NCBI RefSeq assembly: GCF_052425735.1
Contig: NC_135759.1
Span: forward strand, 14,074,001 to 14,138,000
DNA: 64,000 bases
Direction: 5' to 3'
Origin: Oculina patagonica
Taxonomy: Eukaryota
The position numbers were made by a program, and so were the translations under genes. This document shows, piece by piece, positions 37,801-49,800 of this stretch. Every line of letters starts with the position of its first letter. The first letter of the stretch is position 1. Below the pieces are notes generated by a model. That model was not told the DNA's origin, made no database searches, and was given only the letters and a program-made list of their open reading frames with translations.

Positions 37801-40800
37801 TGCCCAGCAGTAATACATCCTTCAATAGGGAGTTTAGGCAAACTACAAACTTAATGAGGTAACCGCTAATGGGAACATCACACTAAACACTGAGCAGCAC
37901 AATAGCTCCAATTTAAATCTTTCCTTTTTTTTTGCTGTCCTCTGCAAAAGAATTACAGCAAATTTTTCACTTTCTGTTTAGAATTGAAAGCTGTCTTATC
38001 TTATTCAGCTGAGGATAGTTTTGACACCGAAAAAGAAGATGATAGAATTGCATGGTCTATGTGATTGCATGATATATTCTAAAATAAAATATAAATTCCA
38101 TTTTTAATCCATGTTGTTCTTGGCGTTACCGTCATGGTTATAATTACTCAAACTCCCTAATATAAGTTTCATCATAACTTGACTCCACTTGACACTGTTG
38201 CTATGTGCCGTTTGTGAACAAAGTCTTTCACTTTGTTGTTTACTGGAGGTTAGTCCAGACAAGTAGTTTGTTGAAAAGAGTAATAGAGCAGGTTTCAATT
38301 GAGTGTCGTAAAACCAAAACTAAAGTAATTACTCCGGCCAATCACTAACCAGTGAACCAATCAAAACTGCAAGCAAATACATGTAGCGGGCACGAAGCGC
38401 GGGAAAACGTGCGCGAGCGAGTCATGATTGGTTCTGGTTTTAGTTCTGATTGGCTGAGAAAGTGGCGCGAGATTTTTAAGCCAATCACTAAGCATAGCAA
38501 TGCAAAACCAAAGCAAACGCAATTAACTTTCGACACTCAAGTGAAAACCGCTCTAATAACTGACAAGATCTAATTTGTCCTTACACCTTCAATATATTGT
38601 CAAACAGAGAGATGAAAAGAATAAAAAAAAATCAGTAACGTTTTTAATTAATATTTTGTTATAAACTCTCTAACATTGCTAATACTATTACAAATAAGAG
38701 TTAATATTTGAGTCTGGGACTTATAGATTTTTAGCTACAAGTATTTTGAGCTATTTTGTTCATACTGTATGATATTGTTCGTAACCTTGGACTTGCAGAA
38801 CTTATCAGATGGTGATATCAAAGCCCTTCGCATATCACAAGAGAGCAAAAGGTACATTTTTCATTAATTGCCTTGTTAGGTAATTGCTAGTTCAACAATT
38901 TAAAGTTAGATTTCATTTATTAATTTGGAGTTCTGTCATTTGTTTGCTGCAGAAAACTGGCAAAAGTGCTCAAAAGGATAAAAGGAAAGAAAAACACTGT
39001 TTCTAAAAGGTAATTTGCACTTAAAGTGCTCACTTCTAATATTGTTGACACTGTGTGTTTATAGTGATGGAAGGTATTGACTCTTTGGAGGGGCCTTGAT
39101 CCACTTGACATTTTTTAAATACGGCCTTTTTGATGGATTTAATTTTAACCAATCCATTGAATGATGTAATACAACCTTATGGCTTTTCATTGAGGCAGTA
39201 ATTAATTGTTATGTTATTTATTACAGTCAACTTTCAACAACTTGAACCCTCGCTATTAACTCAGGGTGATTTTGGTCAACCCCCTGCTAGCTCGAACCAA
39301 ATTTGATTTTCCTTGGATTTCCATCATCCTTTACTGTTATTTTACCCTCGATAACTTGAACCTCCTGCTAAATTTTCCCTTGTTTGAGAGGACAGAATAT
39401 GGAGAGAGTCATGTTTTAGTATTATTGTTGCGGGCCCAAGAGAGGCCCACAACCCTAATCTTGACAGTGACCAGCGGATTGCGTATTACGTGTGCGCGCC
39501 ACGTTTATAAAGGCTATCTGCAAACCAGAAGTTGAAAATTTTGTTCTTCCACTAAGAAGGATCAGAATGCAAAAAATGTGTCAATCACGACAGTTTGTCG
39601 TAACACCGGAAGAGAAAAATCTTGTCTCCAAGAGCGATAAGAATGTGAAAAATCAACAGTTTGTCACATTATATCGAGGCTTCTGTCTAGCAGACATTAC
39701 GTTTTGCAGACGTTGCTTTATAGGTGTTGCTTTTGAGAAGATCTGCTGTGATTGTATCACAGATAAACTACGACAAAGCGAATGATTCCAACAACGGTTA
39801 TTCTTGAGAAATTCCTTATAACACTGACAACAAAGCGAGTTTGCAGACGGAGGAAAATCACATCTCAATTCACACCGCGTGCTCGACTACACTTCGCAAA
39901 ACTGTCAATCAAAAAAACAACTCTGATTGGTTCGCGGCAATAGGAAACGATAAAAAACATTCGTGACTTTAAGCGTGACGCGTTACTCAACCTGACTCGG
40001 AATAATTTTCTTCTGTCCAGTGATTTATCGACACTGTCTGAAACACTTCCCTCCCAGTACCGTCTCTTAACTGCATCGAGGCCCGCACTTTCTAACCTGT
40101 GGTTACCACTAGTTGAATAATGTGCTAAAGTTGTGACTTGTGATCTGCCCAGGACTTAATTCACAATGTATTTAAATTCTGTTTTCAGATTTGATGGAGA
40201 AACATCAGTGATTAAAGAACGAAAAAAGCCATCTGCCATTCCAGTACATGTTGACGAAGATGGTATTTTATTTTTTAATAATTACATTTACCGGTATATT
40301 TCATACAAAATGTACACATGCACAAGATATATTGTACATGTAAATTTTATGTTCAGTGTTGAGGTTTTTAATTATTTATTTTTTGTTACAAATTTTTCAA
40401 ACCAGTTCGATTTTTATTTCCCTTTGTTTCACTATGATTACATAATGAATTTGAGACAATGAAAAATGAAAATAAAAACTGGTTTGAAAAATTTTGAACC
40501 AAAGATCAATTTAAATCATAGCATACATTAATACTGTTAAAATTTTGCTTGAAAGCATTATGCTCATCTGCTCATCTGGCTATGGATGCAGGGTGGGTTT
40601 GCTGATGCTGGTCTGTTTAATATTCCTTGAGGTGTGCTACCTATCTCTTCCTTTGCTGTTCCTCCCCCACGTTCCGTCTTCCTGCCCTATACTTCACCGG
40701 TCTTTTTGGGTTGTGATATTTCTTGTAGAACTTCATGGTAGTGTCTTACAGAACCACTGGTGTATCCAGACCTTCAGATAAGGGGGCGGCCCGATCGTCC

Positions 40801-43800
40801 AGACCCTACAATAAGGGGGGGGGGGGGGGGGGCGGCGATCTCGAAAAAATTTTTCTCAGCCCTTTGGGCCTCTATTCGTTCTAAAAATAAGGGGGACCTA
40901 GGCCACCTGGGCCCCTCCCCTAGATTCGCCACTGAGAACCTTTAGTTTATGTTTCCTTCTTTTGCTGCTTGTTTAGCTGCTGCAGCTTATCCATCAACAT
41001 ATTTTACTCTTATCCACTCTGATGCTCTTCTTGACCCTGTTGTTAGCCTTTGAGTACTCCCCCTGTGCCTTGGAAGTATCGGCTCTTGTTCTCCTTTCCT
41101 TTCTTTCATAAGGCTGAGTGTTTCTGTGGAGATCCACTCTTTAAGTTGTGGTAAAAAAAAACACCCAGCCACAGAAATGCCACATTGATTATCAATTGAA
41201 AGTAATTTTATCATCAAGCTGTGAATGTGAGGCTTTGCAAGCCAATTCAGTATCTATTTATGAAAAATTATTTCATCTTTTTCTTAAAAGACTTAGTAGG
41301 AAAGCTTATATTTAAACCAGTGATGGATATTGAGAACGAATTCCAAATTGATATTTAGGACCTTGATATTATTTTATAGGCATGGACATTGCATAAAGCT
41401 GTCAGTACAAGAATAAATGTTAAACATTAGCGATTTGCAGCAGAGTATCAATAGAAGCTATTAAAAGCCTTATTTACAAGTACAAATTGATAATTTTATA
41501 ATAAATTCTTGTTGGATTGTTTCCACAGAAAGTGATCATGAAGGCTGGTGTACAGATGAGTTTTCTGATGGCTCTGATGAGGTATAAATCTCAATCAACT
41601 CTTTTGACAGTAACATGAATATGTTACTCAACTGATTAGAGCATTTACATGTAAATGGCATGCTATACCATAAAATACTGTTAATAATAGCCTTGTCTGC
41701 CTCCCCTCCTGTCCTGTAGATCTCCCTCCCCCTCCCTTCCCCTCAACATGTAAAGGGATTAGCGGGGGAATTGAGAGTAACCACTGCGAGAATGAACTGT
41801 AAACACAACTTTATATACACTTTAACTGTTAACGAGGAGATGCTGACTCGACAAGAACTGAAGAAGAAGGAGGACTCGCGTTCGCTCGACTGTTGCTCGC
41901 TCCATGTGCTATATCACGTGACTAATGTTTATCAGTCCCATAATTCCACTACAGTCCACCCCTTCTTTAAGGGAGTAACTTACGACAAACGATTACAATG
42001 TACATGATGAATAAATTTGAAACAAAGCTAACAAGAAAATCTTAACAGTCTATAATCCTCATGAGTCCACCCCTTCTTAAAAGGGATTTTAGTTTTCTGA
42101 AACTAAAGTTGCAAACATGTCTTTGTCAAGTTTTAACAAGTAAGTTCCTCCATGTGAGCCTCCAGACATGGATAGATAAGGGCACTTTGAAATCAGTCCT
42201 TTAAGTTTTCCGCAACGTTTCAAAATTTCCTGTGCATCTGGAATCTGCTGGTACACCACTTTGCAGGCTTCTGATGCATATGCCTTTGCACCTGGTAGAC
42301 TGTTCAGATAATGTCCAAAAGCAAATGCTAACTTTGCCAAATCAGGATCAATTGCTGCACTCTTTCAAATGGGTAATTCAGGAGGGGTAACTGTCTCTGT
42401 GTTAGATGGTGGTTCTTCATTATTTCTGAGATCATAATCTACTTCTTCTGAAAGTTCATCTGGCACAACAATGATCTTTTCAATGTTTACTGTTTTAATC
42501 TCATCCTGAGTGAATTTGTGTCGAAGTCGCAATAGATCCTGGCGACCATGAACATGTCCTATAACAGTGTAAGGACCATCAAATCGACGAATGAACCGTG
42601 TGGCTGATCCTTTTGGTTGTGAACTCGGAGGTGGTCTTCTAACATAAACTTGCTTTCCTTCTGCAATGTTAAGTTCCTGGATGATTTATCATAATATTCT
42701 CTTTGAGTTCTCTTCATATCCGCTTTGATGCTGTTGAACTGTTTTTGTGCTTCACGCATACGAGACACAAGCTGCTCTGCAAAGGTGCTTCTTGAGAGGC
42801 TTTCTTCAGGTAAGTCAAGAGAAATGACTTCAGGTGATGGTGCGTTGCGGCCAAATACCAAGAAGAATGGACTAATTTGACCAGTACCAGGAATTGGAGA
42901 TACATTGTGAGCATATGCAGCTGGCTGCAGAAACTCTTCCCAGCGTTCCTGGTGTTTCTCACAATAAATTCCTATTGCTGCATTCAACCATCTGTGAACA
43001 CGTTCTGTACTTCCATTTAGCCGTGGACGGTAACTTGTTGTAACAATGTGTTCAATTGAGAGAAGTTTTGTTAGCTGGCGTAATACCGCATTAAGCCATT
43101 CTCCTCCTTGATCGCTTTGTAAGACTGCTGGAAATCCGTATTGCAGGAAAACATCATTAAACAGAGCTCGTGCTGCAGTAGTTGCTTGTTTATCTGGGAC
43201 CGGAATTGCCCGCAAGAAATTAGAGTAGGGACAAACAGCAGTCAGAATCCATTTGTTACCAGCTGGGGTAGAAGGCAATTGTCCAACATAGTCTATACCA
43301 ATGGTGCTGAAGGGACGGTCGTATATGCGAATTTGCATTGGTCCATGTTTGGGATCAATAGACTTAAATTTGATACAGGCAGGGCAACGCCTGATCCAGT
43401 TCCTCACATGCTTAGTCATATTTCGCCAATAAAAGTCATAAGAAAGAGATCCATAAGTAGCTTCGCGTCCACGATGCATTCCCACAGGTGAATCATGATA
43501 TACACGTAAGAGATGACGTTGAAGTTGAATGTCATTGGGAACCATAATACGATAGTGATTTGGGTCCTCCATAAGTTCATCTCGATACATTAACAAACCG
43601 TCAATAACAGCTGAGCGCTTTGCCATTTGTTTAACCCATTGCAAGTGTTCCTTTGGAATGTTCTTAAATGCAGAAAGATCTTGATTTGAGCTGTGAAACT
43701 TTCTTAGCAGATTTAACCAGTAATCTTGTAGCTGTCTCTTAGCAAACTTTGACCGATTCCGGTTTAAAGATTCCAAATTTTCAAAGTCTTGAAAGTCGCA

Positions 43801-46800
43801 GTCTGAAGATGGACTTTGTTGAGATGTACCAACTTGAGGAGTCTTGGTCTGGTTTGTAACAGAAGTTTTGCTTTGAGTTTCCTTTGTACATTTGTTTCTC
43901 TTTGGAGCAGTAGCCAGGCAGACTGGGTCGAGGCAATCAGCTTGAGCAGAAGCATATAACCCCGAAGCGTATAGCTCGCGGCCACAGCTGGGGATTTTTA
44001 AATCGCGCGGGGAGCCAATCAGATTTTACTTCCTAATATGGATCAATTCATCGCACGCGCGACCATCGCGCGAGTATCAGGGAAAACCTCAAAATGTCCG
44101 CCATTCGCTGTCATGGAATAAACAAACCTGTAATGTAAGAGAAAACTCTACTTTTGTGAGGTAAATTTGACCACAACAGTTATACATATTAAGAAAGATG
44201 CCTAGGCTAACTTCGCAAAGAAAAAATCCGGTTGAATTAACAGGAACTAAGAGTGAAAGATCCACTCGGCAGCATTCCTGTTCAAAAATATCGATGTATT
44301 GCTCCTCGACCACAGACAACGAAATCACCCAGGCTAATAGCAACGAACTCTGTAAATAAAGAAAAAGAATCCGAAAGTCCAGGAACACCAAGAAGTACGA
44401 TGCTTCAAACATGCCTAACGGACAAGAACGTTGAGCTGTGACGAGTTTTATTTATAGTTTCGATCGAAAGCCCTTCGACATCTTCATCCAAATCCATGGA
44501 TCGGAGTTCAGCGATAAACACTGCCCTATATCCCTGCACGATTTTATCCTGCAAGGATCCAGACAAAGTTCTTAAATCAGCGATGCATTTGGACAAATGC
44601 TACCTCTCTTTAATAGCTAGGTTTCAGTTCTCACTCATTTTCCAGGCCTAGAAGCTCCAGCGATCAAGTCAGCATTGAAGAGAACGTGGGGTTTTCCGTT
44701 TAGAAAAACTTACAGCCGAAGCACTGCCTTTTAATTTTAAGTTGATTGCAATATTACAAATATGATAGCGGCGGTGGAGGTCTTGTGCTAACTTAAGAGC
44801 CTTTTAAAGCCTGAACTGAACCAGCATGAACTGGTAGCAATATAAATATTGGCATAATTTGCATTATAAGCAAAAAGGCCCTTATAATAGCCTTACATGT
44901 ACATGCATGTGTCTCTTAAATCATAATTGCTTTTTTTTTTAAAAAAAAACTATATGAGAGAAGGATTAAATTAAATTTCTAATCATCATGCATGCCAATG
45001 TTTTTTCTCATTCTTGCAGACATGAATCAGATTTACTTTATAATATTTATTATTTATTTGCCAAATGCTTCCTTGGTAAGTTTCCAAGCTTATTCCTGGT
45101 CTCTTTGCTCAAATGGCAGTGCTTTCATGACAAGTTTTAACCTGCAGCTAAATGTGGCCATGAACAATGATTAGTATCAAGTAAACTATACCCTGGCCAG
45201 CTTCACCAAAGGCAAAAATTAAGGTGAATTCATGGATGGAGGAGGGACAACTTCCTAAAAATAAATAAAAGTAATTTATTTACAATTTAGGCTTTCTTTG
45301 AATTGGCAATGCTACATGTATAGACAACAATATTTTATGTCATCTGTATAAGTTGTTTTTTTTTCTGGTCACAGACTGTTTCATGTATTTTGAATGCTCA
45401 TGCATTTAGTGAAAGTTTTACTGTAATACAGAAGTATCACAGATTGTTTTTCAAATATATATTATCATATTTTCTAGTGACTAATAATGTTGTCAGGTAA
45501 GATGGGAACAAAAACATGATAAAGTGCAATTTCGTTCCATACCTCTGATACATTAATTTGTTTAATATATTTATACATTAATTAAGACTGACATGTAAAA
45601 GGGAAAAAGCAAATCTACCAATGGTGCTGCTGGTACAATCCAGGATTAAAAAAAAAAACATTTCAAATGTTTTCCTCAGGACTTTTTAGTACCAGCTTTT
45701 ATTAAATATTGGGGAGATTTGGTTACAAATGATGGTTACCGGTAATTATTTTCTCAAATCTCATAAATGTAATAATATACAATGCATGTGCTTTGGCTGC
45801 AAGAGAGCCCAAAAGTGTGACCACTTAATTGATATTCTTTTGTGCTAAGTCAACTGGAGTAATTACTTAACAAAGAATGTGGATAAAACGTAACTGCATT
45901 TTTAATTTGTGCTTGCATTATGTTATAAACAATTAGTTGAAGGTTTCATTCACCTGTGATCTCCCCTTACTAGATAAACACTTCTTGTCTCCTGTGAACA
46001 AAGCATTGGCTAGCTTTTTATTGGGATTAATAAACCACACATAATAAGCAGTATTAACACTGAAGTACTGTTTAATACTTTTCCAGTCAACATGCAGACT
46101 TACAAGTAAATACAGACATAATCCTGGAGTGTACTGAGTCTATTTAGCATTGTCTTAACATGATTTTAAACCTTAACTTAAGCTTACCTCAACACTCACA
46201 GTCTGTCATACAAGACATGTTTTTAACACAGCATTAAAATGCTGTGAAAAATGTGTATGTTCAGCGAACAGGGTTTGTACACTTTTCACAAAGAATAATT
46301 TTCCAGGACTTTTCAAGAACTCAAATAGAGTTTTCCAGGACTCAAAAGTTCACATTAACTCCTTCACTTCCAAGATCTTAATATTATTTATCCTTATACT
46401 GTCTGTCATGCATTTCTTTTACTGTTAGTTCTGTGAATTCAGTTGTTACTTGTGTTAAACAGATTTCCAGATCTTCCCAGGAATGGTAGTTTTTTATCAG
46501 GAGTTCCCAGTACTGGAAAGTGCACAAATAAAATTTTAGGATTTCCCAGGACCTGTACAAACCCTTCACTTGCAAAAGAAGTATGGTTTGTTGGAAAAGA
46601 GAGCTTCTTGATGCTAGTATAATAACTGATCACATGATGTTCCACAACCTGTATATCTAGCTCTATTTGTCAAATTATGAACAGCTGTTATGGTCTACTT
46701 GTACATGTAGCTGTTATCAAACTGTAAAAGCTCTACAAATCCCCCCCCCTTTTAGTTTGACATCCCCAGTTTACAATTAAAACCACCCCTGTTTCCAAGA

Positions 46801-49800
46801 TTAAACATTATTAGCATTAAAACAAGAAACCAGTTTTTGCATTTTGAATTTATTGTTATTTATCCACCATGTCTCATATTATTTATTCTGTAAAAATGTG
46901 TGGTAATATTATCAGCAGCTACATTATTTAAAACACTAGATAGTCTGCTTAATCACTTGTGTATTAGAATACCAAACACTTTTTGGCTCGAAATTGCACA
47001 ATATTGTCAGATGCAGGGCTGAGGTGGCATAACAGAGTTACATTCATGTCTGAAATTACATTTTTGGGAAATTTTGAATGATTATCGTTAAAACTGAGCT
47101 ACTGGCATTTATATTTCGCTACAAAGAGATAATAATTAATGCCAGTCAGGAGCTTGAAGAAATTATTTTCACACTATAAACTACAGGTATTTTCAATTTC
47201 AGTCCTTATGTTTATTTAAAAAAAATGGAGACGCTTTCTACAGATTTAAATGCTTTGAACTTCATGCAAGCATGAATTGCTAAAAATTGCTATTTGTGCA
47301 CTAAACCTCTAGCCTATCGATCTGTGCACAGGATCGATTCTTCTGAAACTTTGCTTCGCCTTCGAAAGCGATTGCACATTTGGTATCTATAGCCTCATTT
47401 ATTTTAATACGAATGACGACAAAAACCTAGTGACGTAGTCTAAGAAGAGAAGCATCGTCCTCTTCAACGTACATGTTGATGTACATGAACTAACACTGAA
47501 CAAACTCTTCATACAGGCAACAAATTAAACATGGACGACTTCGAACGGTTTAGCAAGAAGTGACCTACATCTGACACTACTGCACAGACTCACAACACCT
47601 TACCTGCAACCTTGAAAACCTGACTGAGTTTAATTCCCTTCACTTTCTCGAAAAAAAAATTGTTGTACGCTTCAAATCTTCAATGAATGAATTAACGGAA
47701 ACTATGCATGGCCATGCATGTGGTTACCGCGACTCGAGTTGACAAATTTCCAATTCGCAGTTAATGCTCTAAATTCAACCTCAAACGCATCCCTGACCTC
47801 CCTGAAGACCATTTCAAACACATTTCCTTCTGTCTTAGACTTTCCTGTCGGCTTAACCACCAGAGTCACCTAAATCGTTGCTTTTGAGACCATCTTCTTT
47901 GACTTCTTTGTGGGTTTCCCCGTAGCGGCCGCCATTTTTTTGGAGCTGCACACGATTCCATATAAGGGCAAAAAAAATCCGCGTTCCTGATTGGTCAGCT
48001 GGGAGCTCTAATAATCCCCCGCTTTGTCCCAAGGTCATAAAGGGAAGTTAGACGCTTCGGGGTTATATGCTTCTGGCTTGAGGTATAAGACATGCATTGT
48101 GTAAACAAGCCATAGTATTGTTAAATGTTCCATGAACAAGTTCAGGGGTGTGGTGTGGAACATCAACTGAGGTTGCGATAATCATAAATGCGATAACACT
48201 GTTCTCTGGAGGTATAACAACATTGTCTTCAGGAATGTTTTCTTTTACAGGGTGACGGCTGAGAACATCAGGAACAACATTTCTTTCCCCTTTTCTGTGT
48301 TCGATAAAAAAGTTAAACTCAGCCATGCTCATGCACCATTTTGCAACTTTTGCCTGTTGTGGTGCCATGGTAGTCAACCATTTAAGATTCGCATGATCGG
48401 TTACAACTTTAACTCTTCGGCCTAGTATGTAAGAGCGAAACTGTTCAAGTCCCCATTTCCCAGCAAAGAGTTCCTGGTGCATCGTTGTCCAACGTGATTC
48501 AGCTGGTGTAAATGCTCGGGATGCAAATCTCACGGGGCGAAGTATGCCATGCTTCTCTTGAGCTAACATTGCTCCGCATCCTAGCTTGCTAGCATCCACA
48601 TGTAATTCAAACTGAGCATTCCAATCAGGATGGAACAACATAACATCTGGGCCAGTGATTGCTTGCTTCAAGTCTTTAAACTCTCTTGCTGTTTCTTCTG
48701 TCCACTGAAATGACACACCCTTCTTGAGAAGAGATCGCAAGGCTTGTGTTCGGGTAGACATGCATGGAATAAAGTCTCTAAAATATCCACAAAGTCCAAG
48801 AAAACGCTTGACTGCAGAAGTGTTAGTTGGTGTGGGCATAGATAAGATTGCTTCTACTCCTTTGCTTATTGGTGTTCGACCTTCTTGGGTGATCCGATGT
48901 CCCAGTATTTCGATTTCCCTTGCGAAGAATGTACACTTGGAAGGTTTCAGTTGCATACCAACTTTAACCAGTCTCTGAAACAACAATGAATAATGTTCAA
49001 GGGCTTCCTCGTCTGTCATTGCCCACTGAATTATGTCATCCAGGTAAACAACAAGCCACTTGTGCAAGTAATTTGCAAATACAGTGTTTAAAATCCGCTG
49101 AAATGTGTTTGGTGCTGTTTTTAATCCGAAGGGAAGCCTGAGAAACTCGTACAGTCCCAGGTGTGTACAAAATGCAGTTTTGTGTTGATCCGATTGCCGG
49201 ATAGAAATTTGCCAGTAACCACTGACCAAGTCACATTTCGCAAATACTTTTCCTTGGCTGACAGCATCAAGAACGCTAGAGATAGAGGGGATAGGGTAAC
49301 CATCTCCTTGTGTCACACTGTTGAGGCGGCGATAGTCCACCACAAATCTTGGAGGTTGCAGTTTACCCTTTTCTGGAGGTTTGCGGACCAGGATGCATGG
49401 GGAACCCCATTCTGAATGACTTGGTTGTATTATCTTTAGCTTAAGCATCCGCTCGATTTCTGTTTTGATCGCTCTGAGTTCTTCTGGGCTTTTCTTGTAT
49501 GGGTGACGATAGATAGGAGGGGCATCAGCTGTGTCAATTCTATGCTCAAACCCCTTAATAGCTCCGAGTGGACTACCAGGGAGGGCAAATGCAGTAGAAT
49601 ACTGACTGATAAGTTCCTTAAATCTCTTCATGATATCTTCATCAACATTAGAATACTCTGGGCCATCTAAATCCAAGGCATGAAATATAGCATCACTGTA
49701 GGCAGATGAGTAAGGGTCACAGGTCAGCTCTTCTGCTGGAGGAAACTCAGGACCTTGACAATCAAATTCTGGTAGGGCATCACAGACAGGAGACAATATG

